A stretch of DNA of 63,996 bases, filler included, from a bacterium (GCA_040757115.1; 6 parts of 6 records of this genome joined end to end with filler, not necessarily neighbours in it); one strand, 5' to 3'; positions 52,814 through 63,435 are shown, numbered from the whole stretch's first letter. Numbers and translations are program-made. The notes: a model not told the origin generated them from the letters alone.

Positions 52814-53192
52814 CTTTGTAATCTTTGTCTTGCATATCCAGGTAAAAAAGGTCTTCTCCTCACCTTTCTTTCCTGAGGTTGTCTCTTGACATTCGAGGAT
52901 ATGAAGTTTATGCCCTTCGTATTCAATATCATTAACCCAGCGAAAGTCCTGGCTGGTATTAGCATTGACTTGATGTGTCCCTTTATTTTCCGGACTAATC
53001 AAGAGCAAATTCTGAAATTCCTTATAAACACTGGGGATACTACCTTCCTTAAATCGAATGATGTAAATCCAGCCATTTTTCTCTACTAAATCAAATACGG
53101 GTTTCCCTGCATATAAGCTGTCAAATAACAAACAAAATTTGGTGCGTGGGAAATATCCTTTCAGCCTTTTAGCTAAACGATAAAAAGCCTTT
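52814..53192 (-). pseudogene. DDE transposase fragment (ISAs1/ISNCY-like)
   Basis: 'AFYRLAKRLK.YFP...CLLFDSLYA..PVF......W.YIIRFKEGSIP'; cut by a MITE and by a gap. Confidence 0.7.
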
Positions 53193-53364
53193 GTAACCGT
53201 TCAGGCTATATATCAAAAGTGTAAGAAAGGGGATAAGGAGATAAGAGTGATATGGAGATAAGATAATAGAAATAGATTGAAATTTATAGAAATAGGTAGA
53301 AATTGATTGTGGAAAACAACAAATTTCCATAAATTTCTATTAGTTACACCACCTGAACGCTTAC
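53193..53364. mobile_element. Internally deleted ~236-bp IS66-type MITE
   Basis: Both ends intact; about 65 bp missing relative to 25695. Confidence 0.85.
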
Positions 53365-53692
53365 AAAAAATTGGATTATTTCAAGGAGTTTTTGTGCGAA
53401 GATTTTTTACTCTTCAGGACTGGCGAAAGCTTGCTTAAAGCTTTGTCTTCTTTCGGTAGATAATGCGTGCTTTTTACTTACTCCCAAAGCGGCTGGCTTG
53501 TCCACCGCACTCCATAACAATTCACCGAGAATTGCTGGACTTTAATTTTTTCTCTTTACAAAATTTAAGATATGTGATATACTTACTTCCCAGTAAAAAA
53601 ATGAGAAAAATGGGTAGTGGAATAAAAAAAGGAGAGACACGGTTTCTTTATCTTTTCTTATCATACACTTACGATAAAGGAGCAAATGGATT

Positions 53693-56668
53693 ATGTTTAG
53701 TTTATTTTTATTAACAGGATTAACTATCTTTCTAAGCTGGTTAATAATTTATTATGCGGCATGTAAATTGACGATTAAAGTTTGCGATGAGATAATTGTG
53801 TGGGGGCTACCAATTATCGCTTTTATTATCCCCCTATATTTTGATATTCATTTGTATAGTACCTTTGACTTGAGTAAAGTCGGGGTGATGTATGTTATGA
53901 CATTAATTATGTTAGTTGCCTGGTTAATAAAGATGATACTAACTGGCAATTACAAATCTGTTTCTACACCGATTAATTTAGCCGTTCTGGGTTTTTGGGC
54001 AAGCACAATTATCTCAACTGTATTTTCTATTGACCCAATGATGAGTTTGATTGGAACTTATAAGCGTTACGAGGGACTTTTAGCTATAACTTGTTATATT
54101 GTGCAATTTTTCTTGATTATCAATTTTCTCGATAATCAATCAAAACTTTATCGACTTATAAAGGCAATAGGTTATACGGGATTGATATCATCGTGTTACG
54201 GTATGATTCAACATTTTGGTAAGGACCCATTGAGTTGGGAATCGTGGAATCCCTGGCGAATTATCTCATGTTTTGGTAATCCTGTTTTTTATTCTGCTTA
54301 TGCTGAGATGGCATTTTTAGCGGGATTAGGGATGTATTTTTATGTCCAGGGTGAAAAAGATAAGAAAGGAATTATTCTTCCCTCCAAACCAATAAGTAAA
54401 ACCCAAAAAAAAAAGAAGAAAAAACTTGATGTAAAACCTGATGCTAATCTGACATCTTCTAACCAATTATCCCTCATCTGGCGATGGATATATGCGATTA
54501 AAACAGGTATCCTCGTTATTTATTTTGTAATTAACTTCAATTCTCTCTGTGCTCCAGTGACATTAGACGCTTCTACAAAACCCTCTTTTTGGGTGTCTTA
54601 TTCACCTATAATGATATGGTTAATTTATTTAAGTATTAGTCTTATATTTACGATTATTTCTTTTTCCAAACAAACAAATCCTCTCTGGCTTTTAGTTTAT
54701 GAAATATGCGTAGTTATTGGTTTCCTTTCATTTGGTTCATTCAAGTTTGCTATTTACCACTGGTGGGCGGCAATAGTTGTTTATTTAAGTATTTGTCTGG
54801 GATTTGTAGTTTTTAATACCTTACCTATTTCTGCCTTTGGAATGGTATTTATTTATGCAAGTATTTTATGTTTAACCTATTATGGTTTTTCTCATTGTAA
54901 CACTCGAGGTTCATATATTGGGCTATTTTTAGGCTTATTTTTATTCGTAATAACGATGTTGTTTCATAAAGAGATTGTTAAGCACAAAAAAAGAGTAATG
55001 GCATTAGGAGGAGCAATTTTATTAATATTTATCAAATTTAATTTCTTAATCCCTGAAACTTCTGTTATTGAACGATTTACTTCATTATTTTCTATGAGCA
55101 AACCAAAGGCGACGATTGAAGAAAAAGTGGATGAGGTGGTGGAAGAAGAATCTATTCCAGAAAAAACTTTCTACCCCCAATCTAAGCCAAGAGAAGTTAT
55201 GCTACCAATACCCGGTCTCACGGCTACTTTTTTAAACCATGCTCATCTAGAAATAAAGCCATTTATTGGTCCTAAACTAACAATTTCCTTACCCTGGCGG
55301 GCTTATATCTGGGGAAGTGTCATTGCCACGATGAAAGATAATATGAGATATTTCTTAATTGGGACAGGGCCGGATACAATGGGATTTACCTTCCCTAAAT
55401 ATGTGTATTCTATTTTATCACCAGAGATGAAAGGCCCTGTAGAGTTTGAAGATAGGGCTCATAATGATATTTGTGATACACTTGCGGCACGAGGAATAAT
55501 AGGATTAGGAATATATGGATGGTTAATATTAGTTTTCTTTTTTACTGGTTTTAAATATTACCAGAGGATAGAAGGGAATGAAAAATTTATCGTTTTAGGA
55601 CTTATGTGTTCGGTTTTAGGATTTCTTGGTCAGAATTTAGTCAGTTTTGGTGTAACACCATTATCCTCGTGTTTCTGGATATTATTAGGAACGACTATGG
55701 CTTATGGGAAAGTAGTAACTCAACCAACACAATCTAATAAAGATACCGGGTTAAAGGTTTCTAACCAGATAAAGAATCAATCAAGCAAGATAATTTTTTG
55801 TGGGGTAATTATAGGCGGGGCTATTCTTCTGACCTATTTTACCTGTCGGATTTACAAAGCGGATAATCTTTATAAAAATGGAACTGTTTGGCTACATCAG
55901 GGAAATATGGATACCGCTATAGCTCAATATGAGCAGGCAATTAAATTACATCCTTATGAAGTCAGGTACCGGGATGAGTGTAATCGACTTTATATAGACA
56001 AGGCAAGAAACACCAACGAACCTAAATGGACTCAATTGGCATTCAAAGGAGCTTCTGAACTCCTTGAACTTACTAACTATAGGCATAGTAATGCTTACTT
56101 TACATTAGCCATCGCTTATTATATACAGGGAAGTAGAATGGGAGATAATGCCCGGGTAGATAAAGCCCTTGTGTTTTATAAAAAGGCGGCTGAAATAAAT
56201 CCATTTTTGGCGGATGCATATAATAATATGGGAGTTATATATACTCAGAGAAATATGCTTGATGATGCAATTAATGTTTTTAAAGAGGCATATCGTATGA
56301 ATACTCAGCATGTGGCGGCATTAGAGAATCTGGTAAGGATATTTTATAATAGAAATGACCTTGAAAATGCCGCCTTAGTCCTCGAAGAGATATTACAAAC
56401 ACATCCTCAATATAAAACTCAGGAGATACTCACTTTCTTAGGAAGGATTTATTTTGACCAGGGAAGACTTGATAAAGTGATTAGTCAATGTAAAAAGATT
56501 ATAAAATTAGACCCATCAAATGTTGCCGCTTATGATAATTTAGGCTCAATGTATTATCGTCAGGGTAAGTTGAAAGAAGCTAAAGAATCATTTGAAAAAA
56601 TACGCCAACTTCAACCAGATAATCCTAAAGCTATGCAAATGCTGAAAGCTATTTCTGTTCAATTATAA
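53693..56668 (+). CDS. O-antigen ligase/Wzy_C-domain protein with C-terminal TPRs
   Basis: 'R.EGL', 'FGNPVF', 'TRG', 'GTGPD' and 'DRAHND' motifs, followed by a TPR array. Confidence 0.85.
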   Translation: MFSLFLLTGLTIFLSWLIIYYAACKLTIKVCDEIIVWGLPIIAFIIPLYFDIHLYSTFDLSKVGVMYVMTLIMLVAWLIKMILTGNYKSVSTPINLAVLGFWASTIISTVFSIDPMMSLIGTYKRYEGLLAITCYIVQFFLIINFLDNQSKLYRLIKAIGYTGLISSCYGMIQHFGKDPLSWESWNPWRIISCFGNPVFYSAYAEMAFLAGLGMYFYVQGEKDKKGIILPSKPISKTQKKKKKKLDVKPDANLTSSNQLSLIWRWIYAIKTGILVIYFVINFNSLCAPVTLDASTKPSFWVSYSPIMIWLIYLSISLIFTIISFSKQTNPLWLLVYEICVVIGFLSFGSFKFAIYHWWAAIVVYLSICLGFVVFNTLPISAFGMVFIYASILCLTYYGFSHCNTRGSYIGLFLGLFLFVITMLFHKEIVKHKKRVMALGGAILLIFIKFNFLIPETSVIERFTSLFSMSKPKATIEEKVDEVVEEESIPEKTFYPQSKPREVMLPIPGLTATFLNHAHLEIKPFIGPKLTISLPWRAYIWGSVIATMKDNMRYFLIGTGPDTMGFTFPKYVYSILSPEMKGPVEFEDRAHNDICDTLAARGIIGLGIYGWLILVFFFTGFKYYQRIEGNEKFIVLGLMCSVLGFLGQNLVSFGVTPLSSCFWILLGTTMAYGKVVTQPTQSNKDTGLKVSNQIKNQSSKIIFCGVIIGGAILLTYFTCRIYKADNLYKNGTVWLHQGNMDTAIAQYEQAIKLHPYEVRYRDECNRLYIDKARNTNEPKWTQLAFKGASELLELTNYRHSNAYFTLAIAYYIQGSRMGDNARVDKALVFYKKAAEINPFLADAYNNMGVIYTQRNMLDDAINVFKEAYRMNTQHVAALENLVRIFYNRNDLENAALVLEEILQTHPQYKTQEILTFLGRIYFDQGRLDKVISQCKKIIKLDPSNVAAYDNLGSMYYRQGKLKEAKESFEKIRQLQPDNPKAMQMLKAISVQL

Positions 56669-56678
56669 AGAGGTAGTA

Positions 56679-59423
56679 ATGCCATTTTCTAATATTCTCC
56701 AGATAATAATTAAAGTCAGTCTCCTGATATTAATCTTATCTACCCCTTCGGTAGCGTGGCATTTTATTACCAAAACTCCTATCCATCTTATCCATTTTTT
56801 AGCCTACATTTTTAACCTGTTCATTTTATTACTCAGTTTAATAATAAAAGATATTCTAATAAATGGTCTGCCAGGATTTTGTGATAAAGTAATCCGAGCC
56901 ATGGTCATCATCTTAGTCATTATTATTCCTACTTTCTTTTGGCTTCCTCTATATGATACCTTCGATTTAGCCAAATTAACCTTGATGTATAGTTTGAATT
57001 TAGTTATTTTAGCGATGTGGTTGATAAAGGCTATTGCCTCTAAAGAAACAAAACTTATGAGGACACCACTTGATATTCCTATTTTAGCTTACTTAGCTAT
57101 CAATATTTTGGTTACTCTTACCTCAGTTAGTCCAACTATCAGTTTATTTGGTTTTTATAAACGCTATGAAGGGCTTTTTCCCATCACCAGTTATATCTTT
57201 TTATATTATGTCGTGGTTAATTTTATGAATACACCTAAATTAGTCAATAGATTAATCAAGGCAATGATTTTGACTTCGACAATAATTGCCATTTATGGTA
57301 TATTCCAACATTTCGACCATGACCCTTTTAAATGGAGTTTTTCGGCTAAAGAAAGAGTTTTTGGCACATTTGGCAACCCGGTATTTTTCTCTGCTTATCT
57401 GATTATGATTATTCCAATGGGATTAGCAATGTTACTTTTAAGAGAAAAACAACCTTATCAGTTATATCCTTTAGATATGAAAAAGGAAAAGGTAAAAAAA
57501 CTCACCTCTAAATCTAAGAAGGTAAAGAAAAAAGGACATGAAAATTCTGCTTACCAGGAGTTAATTTTAAGCTGGCAGAGGATATTTAATACCTGCAAAA
57601 ACATCTATATCGTTTTATTCCATTTCATAAGTCCGTGGTGGTATAGAATTAGTTTGATTTTACTTTTTCTCTGCTTTGTCTATACCAAAACTCGAGCCAC
57701 GATGATAGGTTTTGAAGGGGGGATATTTATATTTTCTCTGCTTATCTGTGGGGTAATTTTTTCCCTTACTTTTTACGGCACAATTCTCTTTTGTGGTATC
57801 TGTGGATTTATCATTTTCCTTAAATTTCTACCTCCTACTCATACAATTATTTTACTCTGGGGGGCAATTTCACTCGGGTTATTTTCCTTTGGTCCTTTAA
57901 TTGTTAGAACATTATTTGGTTCAAAAATGATAATTAAAAATACCAAAGATATTATTTCTATTGGTTTAGTATTAATGAGTGTTCTTCTATATTATAATCT
58001 ACACCCTGAAACTGCTGTTGTTAATCGACTCATTGGGACAATAATAAAATCAGAAACAGTACAACCTCAAGTTGTGCCTGAAAAGAAGGAATTAACGGTT
58101 GAAGATAGAATTCAACAAGCATTACCTACTCCAGAAATTAAATTTACTGGAGGAGCACAAGAAGAAAGGGCAAGCCTCTGGAAAAGGACTATAGAAATAA
58201 TCTTTAAAAATACTAAAAATTCCCTATTGGGGATAGGATTAGATACCTTACAATTAATGAATATCGGGACAGATAAAGCTCATAACGATGTTCTGGATGT
58301 AACCGTGACTCGCGGAATAATTGGTCTATTGATATATTTCTGGATATTGATAACTTATATCTGGATAAGTTTTAAAACAGCTTTTTACACCCAGGAGATA
58401 AGTAAGAAGGTATTAATTGCTTCCTTTCTTGCCTGTGAAATTGGGTATTTAATCCAAAATCAATTTAGTTTTGGGCTGGTAACTATCCTTTTATATTTCT
58501 GGATGGTGATGGGGATGACAATGGTTATTGTTAAACCTCAAACACTATCCGGGAGACAAACTATTGTTACCCCCAGAATTAAAAACCTATCTTTTCGCTG
58601 GATTCTTTGCCTGCTAATCATTGGTATCACCGTGATATTAATCTATCTTGCCTTTCGACCTTTCTTTGCTGATGCTCATTATCGAAAGGGATTTGATTTT
58701 GTAGAAAAGCATGAGTATGAAAAAGGCATCCCTGGATTAGAAAAGGCAGTTAAGACTTTTCCTTATGAAAATTGTTACTGGAAGGTATTAAATAGTATTT
58801 ATGTTGAGCGAGCAAATAATGACCCTGTGAAAAGAAAGATATGGGTGAAAAAGGCGATTGAAGGTTCAAAGTTTTTACTTACACTCATCCCTGAAGATAT
58901 GGGTTCTTATTTTAATATGGGTATGGCGTATTATTTAGATGGAGATACAACGAAGTCAATTGCTTCTTATAAAAAGGTTTTAGAAAGTGAACCAGAGGCG
59001 ATAGATACCCTTAATAACTTAGCCACTATTTATGCTAATCAAGGAGATTACAAGAAAGCCGAAGAGATGTTTAAAAAGGTATATAAGATAAGTCCTGGAC
59101 ATGCATCGGCTAAAAATAATCTTATACAACTTTATAAAATACAGGGAAGATATAAGGAGACGATGGAGTTAGATGCAGAATATGCCAAACAAATGCATAT
59201 TCAATTAACCAAAAATTATTACGAAAAAGGTGATATAGACCATGCGATTGAAGAGATTAAAAAGGTTCTTGAAATAGACCCCTCGGATATCCAATCCCGT
59301 CGCAATCTTGGCTCTTTTTACCTCTTGAAGAAAAGGTATCAAGAGGCAAAGATTGAATTTAATAATGTCCTTAAACTTGACCCAAATGATAATTATGCTA
59401 AACAAATGCTTAAAGGGCTGTAA
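56679..59423 (+). CDS. O-antigen ligase/Wzy_C-domain protein with C-terminal TPRs (paralog)
   Basis: 'KRYEGL', 'GTFGNPVF' and 'DKAHND' motifs plus TPRs; the stop TAA is supplied by the MITE end. Confidence 0.85.
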   Translation: MPFSNILQIIIKVSLLILILSTPSVAWHFITKTPIHLIHFLAYIFNLFILLLSLIIKDILINGLPGFCDKVIRAMVIILVIIIPTFFWLPLYDTFDLAKLTLMYSLNLVILAMWLIKAIASKETKLMRTPLDIPILAYLAINILVTLTSVSPTISLFGFYKRYEGLFPITSYIFLYYVVVNFMNTPKLVNRLIKAMILTSTIIAIYGIFQHFDHDPFKWSFSAKERVFGTFGNPVFFSAYLIMIIPMGLAMLLLREKQPYQLYPLDMKKEKVKKLTSKSKKVKKKGHENSAYQELILSWQRIFNTCKNIYIVLFHFISPWWYRISLILLFLCFVYTKTRATMIGFEGGIFIFSLLICGVIFSLTFYGTILFCGICGFIIFLKFLPPTHTIILLWGAISLGLFSFGPLIVRTLFGSKMIIKNTKDIISIGLVLMSVLLYYNLHPETAVVNRLIGTIIKSETVQPQVVPEKKELTVEDRIQQALPTPEIKFTGGAQEERASLWKRTIEIIFKNTKNSLLGIGLDTLQLMNIGTDKAHNDVLDVTVTRGIIGLLIYFWILITYIWISFKTAFYTQEISKKVLIASFLACEIGYLIQNQFSFGLVTILLYFWMVMGMTMVIVKPQTLSGRQTIVTPRIKNLSFRWILCLLIIGITVILIYLAFRPFFADAHYRKGFDFVEKHEYEKGIPGLEKAVKTFPYENCYWKVLNSIYVERANNDPVKRKIWVKKAIEGSKFLLTLIPEDMGSYFNMGMAYYLDGDTTKSIASYKKVLESEPEAIDTLNNLATIYANQGDYKKAEEMFKKVYKISPGHASAKNNLIQLYKIQGRYKETMELDAEYAKQMHIQLTKNYYEKGDIDHAIEEIKKVLEIDPSDIQSRRNLGSFYLLKKRYQEAKIEFNNVLKLDPNDNYAKQMLKGL

Positions 59424-59781
59424 CCGTTCAGGGGGGTAATTTACCGCAGAGACGCAGAGGAACAGAGAAGATATGGAAATAAATCAGATAACAGAAAAGA
59501 TTATTGGTGCAGCCATTGAAATACTTATGACCTGCTTGCCGAATGTTCAGCCGGCAAGCCAGATTTGTTGGTGGTGTCTTAATCTAGCATAAAGGTTAAA
59601 ATAGTGTATAGGGTTCTGCAAAATAGGATTTGAGGGAGACAACAAATAAATATCAAATATCAAATATTAAATATCAAATATAAATATCAAAATGCAAAAT
59701 TACAAATCAAATTTCAAAAAGGAAATAGCAGGGTTTCTCAAAGAGTTGGAGGAATTTGGTAATATCTTTGCTTCAAGTATT
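59420..59781. mobile_element. IS66-type GxxExxY MITE interrupted at 59570 by a GGTGGTGTCT-ended MITE
   Basis: 'MEINQITEKIIGAAIEI' relic, then sequence matching 8908-9100 up to the gap. Confidence 0.8.
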
Positions 59782-60054
59782 NNNNNNNNNNNNNNNNNNN
59801 NNNNNNNNNNNNNNNNNNNNNNNNNTTAATTAATTAANNNNNNNNNNNNNNNNNNNNNNNNNNNNNNNNNNNNNNNNNNNNAAGCATTTTTTAAAAAAAA
59901 TAATAAAATTTTTTAATAATACTCGTATGCACACTTTTAAGGTCTAAAATTTGCCTATCCCCTTGATTATTAAAAGGTTATCCCTTCTTTATAGGCTCTT
60001 TTTGAGGGGAAGTTCCGTTAGAAGTAGCATAAAATTTACGAAAGTCCAGATTCA

Positions 60055-60984
60055 CTAACTCGCTAATTTAATTTCCTGCCAGGAATATAAAATTCCATCC
60101 ATTAATGAAACTTTAGGTTGCCAACATAGTTCTTGTTTAGCTCGTTTAATATCAAGAACATTAATTGGGACATCATAAGGACGACCCTGTTTATACTGAA
60201 TCTCAAATTCTTTTCCGGTAACCTTTCTTATTATGTTTAACAATTCATTAAGTGAAGTTCCTTTACCATCGCCAATATTAAAAATTTTATTTTTGGTTTG
60301 CATCTCACAAGAAAGTATAAATGCCTCCACTACATCATCAATATAGATATAATCGCGAACTACCGTTCCATCACCCCAGATGATAATAGGTTCTTTGTTC
60401 TTTACTTTATTAAGGAAAACATCTATTGCTCCTTGTTGCCGAAATGTGTTAAGTCTGCCACCATAAAAATTGGAAGTGCGTAAAATAACATAATCTAACT
60501 TATAGAGATGATGATACATATAAAGATATTTTTCTATTGTAAGTTTAGTAATACCATAGGAACATAAAGGATATGTCGGATGTAACTCTGGAATTGGTAA
60601 AGTTTGGGGAATACCATAGACAGTACCTCCTGAGGAAGAGAATATAATTTTTTTAATCTTTTGTTTTCTACAGACTTCAAACAATTGGATTGAGCCTATA
60701 ACATTACTTTTAAGGTCATAGGCAATGTCTTCCATCGAATCCTGAGGGACTACTGTACAGGCTAAATGGAATACAAAGTCCACATCGATAACCGCAGATT
60801 GGATGACAGAAGGCTTAGTAAAATCGCCTTTTATTAACTTAATCTTATCCAGGAATGGAGTTAAATCAGGATATTCTTTATGAGGTAGCTCTAATATTCT
60901 CACTTTATAGTTTTTTTCTAAAAGCCTTTTGGTTAAGTGTGATCCTAAGAAACCGCCTCCTCCAATAATTAAACATTCATTCAT
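60055..60984 (-). CDS. NAD-dependent epimerase/dehydratase
   Basis: 'GGGGFLG', 'SSGGTVYG' and YxxxK (YGITK) motifs; start corrected to MNECLI. Confidence 0.9.
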   Translation of the reverse strand: MNECLIIGGGGFLGSHLTKRLLEKNYKVRILELPHKEYPDLTPFLDKIKLIKGDFTKPSVIQSAVIDVDFVFHLACTVVPQDSMEDIAYDLKSNVIGSIQLFEVCRKQKIKKIIFSSSGGTVYGIPQTLPIPELHPTYPLCSYGITKLTIEKYLYMYHHLYKLDYVILRTSNFYGGRLNTFRQQGAIDVFLNKVKNKEPIIIWGDGTVVRDYIYIDDVVEAFILSCEMQTKNKIFNIGDGKGTSLNELLNIIRKVTGKEFEIQYKQGRPYDVPINVLDIKRAKQELCWQPKVSLMDGILYSWQEIKLAS

Positions 60985-60992
60985 CAGATAAT

Positions 60993-61607
60993 TCTCCTGA
61001 AAATGTCTATAAGTCATTGATTTGCAAGAACGTACAAATTTCGACTAAAAAGCTTTTTCCCCACCACGAAGACACGAAGAATTAAACAACAAATCTCTTA
61101 ATTTCCTTTAATTCTTTCTTCGTGAACTTCGTGGTTCCTTCGTGCTCTTCGTGGTTTATTTTCATCTCCCTTTGTGAGCCGCAGGTTCATGAGTGTTCTT
61201 CTGAAAATAGGAAGTAGAAAGTAGAGAGTAGAAAGTAGAAAGTAAAGAAAACATCACTCCTCACGCCTATCTCCTTACCTCCCACCTTCTATCTCCTACC
61301 CCTATTTTCATCCTCCTTTGTGTCCACCCTGTGGACATGTCCGTTTCTCCTGAAAATAGTTTTTAGCCACAGATAAACGCAGAAGGACACAGATTGATTT
61401 AGCCACTGAATACACGAAAACTCACTGATAAATTATTATAGAAGTTAAGAGGCTAAGAAGATAAGAAGTTAAGATTCTTAAAAGCAAATTAACCTCTCAT
61501 CTTCTCATCTTCTCAACTTCTTATCCTCTTATCCTTCAGTGTTTTCAGTGACTTCAGTGGCTATTTTCATTTCTCCTCTGCGAGTTGCTGAGTTATGACT
61601 GCTTCTG
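60993..61607 (-). repeat. ATTTTCA...TGAAAAT hairpin cassette array, locus 2
   Basis: Half-site at 60993-61004; junctions at 61158-61208, 61304-61357 and 61563-61607 (degenerate); modules B, A, C in plus-strand order. Confidence 0.85.
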
Positions 61608-61608
61608 C

Positions 61609-62796
61609 TCATACAGATTCAGATTTTAAAAGATGGATTTTCTTATAAATTTCTTCAGTTTGACGAGCTACCTTTTCCCATGAATATCCTTCAGCCGTCC
61701 GACGGGCATTTTCTCCCATTTGTTTTATACAGTGTTCATTTTCGAGGAAGAAACTTATTTTTTGAGCAATATCAAGTGCATCTCTCTGAATAAAAAATCC
61801 ATTGTAACCATCCTCAATTAATTCTTCAGTTCCACTAACTTTTGTAGCTACTATAGGCAATCCAGATGCTATAGCTTCCAATGTAGCTAATGAAAATGCT
61901 TCGTAGAGCGTTGGAAATACAAAAATATCAGATGCGGCGTAATATCTTTTAAGGGGAGTTGGTTGAAGAAATATTATCTGATGAGCAACCTTTAACTTTT
62001 CTGATAGAAATACATAAGGTTTTATTTTATCTCTACCAATGACAATAAGTTTTACCCGCTCACTTTTAATCAAAGGAAGTGCTTCAATAATATATTTTAA
62101 TCCTTTCCTTTTAAACTCATAGGCTATAAATATGAGAACCAAATCGTCTTTTTTAATATTAAGTTCTTTCCTGACTTCATCTCTAAATTCTTCCCTATTT
62201 TTAGGATTAAATTCATTAATATCAACTCCATTAGGAATAACTATTATATTTTCTTCTGGAGTTTTATAATCGGCTATAATTTCTCTCTTTATCCATTCAG
62301 TAGGTGAAATTATTATTACATTTTTCTTACTCCCTCGTCGTTGATATGAAAATTTCTCTATTAAAAAGACGATTAAGTTTAGCGGATTTAAGATAGTATT
62401 TTTTAAATAATTATAAGTTCCCCACCCACTATTTCTGGCAACTCTGACAGCAGTTTTATGACTACTTTGTGAAGTATATACATCAAAAGGTATGAAGCAA
62501 TCACCATAGGAATGAACAATATCAAAGTTTGATGGTCTAATTTTCAATTTACTCATTAAGACAAAACTATATACCTGTAATATGGTGGCTAAACCTGCTT
62601 TCTTTCGTTGCAAAAAGAAGTTACCTTTCAACATTGGCACTTTATGGAAGATAATTTTATCACTCGAGATATCTTGCCATGAGTTAGCGAATATATGGAC
62701 CTCATGTGTATGGCTGAATATCTCGGCTAATTCTGCTACACATCGTGAAATTCCCCCTTTCTTATTGCATGTTCTTGTAATAAAAGCAATTTTCAT
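61609..62796 (-). CDS. Glycosyltransferase family 4
   Basis: 'IPNGVD', 'KGL' and 'DIFVFPT.YEAF....LEA.ASGLP' motifs. Confidence 0.9.
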   Translation of the reverse strand: MKIAFITRTCNKKGGISRCVAELAEIFSHTHEVHIFANSWQDISSDKIIFHKVPMLKGNFFLQRKKAGLATILQVYSFVLMSKLKIRPSNFDIVHSYGDCFIPFDVYTSQSSHKTAVRVARNSGWGTYNYLKNTILNPLNLIVFLIEKFSYQRRGSKKNVIIISPTEWIKREIIADYKTPEENIIVIPNGVDINEFNPKNREEFRDEVRKELNIKKDDLVLIFIAYEFKRKGLKYIIEALPLIKSERVKLIVIGRDKIKPYVFLSEKLKVAHQIIFLQPTPLKRYYAASDIFVFPTLYEAFSLATLEAIASGLPIVATKVSGTEELIEDGYNGFFIQRDALDIAQKISFFLENEHCIKQMGENARRTAEGYSWEKVARQTEEIYKKIHLLKSESV

Positions 62797-63029
62797 AATG
62801 TCTCCTTTGTTTTATACTCAACAACGGCATAAATTAAGATTTTGTAAGTGAACAGTGTGTAATAAAGGGAAAGTGGAAAACTGGGGAAAAGGGTAAAAGT
62901 GATTCCATTTTTTCTTTTCCCATTTTTCCCTGTTTTTTCCCCTTTTCCCTTATAAATCAGTAATGTCAAAAACTAACCATAGAGAACACAGAGAAAATTA
63001 TTGTTTGGAATACGAAAGTTAACAGCAAA

Positions 63030-63235
63030 GGGTGTCAAAAAAAACGCACATCTTCTAATCTCTTTGGTAAAACAATACCTTGCTCTTTGCTCACGTCTAT
63101 CAAGTCAGCCAATCGATGAGTAAATGGAAATTTAATCCCTTGATAGGCCAAGACCGCTTTTAGCATCTTCTCATCCGATTGTTGAGCATGAAAACCGAAA
63201 ATCTCATCAGGAATCTCCGGGTCTTGACTGATAGG
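63030..63235 (-). pseudogene. HEPN-domain protein fragment
   Basis: Manual translation 'DPEIPDEIFGFHAQQSDEKMLKAVLAYQGIKFPFTHRLADLID', matching the HEPN 'FHAQQ..EK.LKA...H.L' pattern. Confidence 0.65.
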
Positions 63236-63281
63236 AATTTGCTTTTTTGAATGTTCCTGAGCCTGTCAGGAACAGGCTTTG

Positions 63282-63356
63282 GGTATTATATCCATTTGTG
63301 CCCATTGTGAGAATATTCTACCAGAAATTTTATCCTTTGTCAACAAAAAATTCGGT
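63282..63356 (-). promoter_or_regulatory. Duplicated promoter module (copy 2)
   Basis: TTGACA-17-TAGAAT; similar to 8836-8910. Confidence 0.6.
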
Positions 63357-63435
63357 TCTTTTGAAAATGGACATTGCCAATAGTGATTTTGGACACACTT
63401 ATCCTACGGAAGGTAATTGGAAGGTCATAAAAGAA

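Noticed and set aside
30922-59881. TTAATTAATTAA palindromes inside N runs (about 30967, 38351, 45606, 52758, 59826)
   Set aside because: Artificial six-frame-stop scaffolding linkers, not biological sequence.
483-62851. Antisense and overlapping ORFs (e.g. 21806-22453, 24622-25125, 36255-36629, 37549-37884)
   Set aside because: Shadows of well-supported genes on the opposite strand, with no recognisable motifs.
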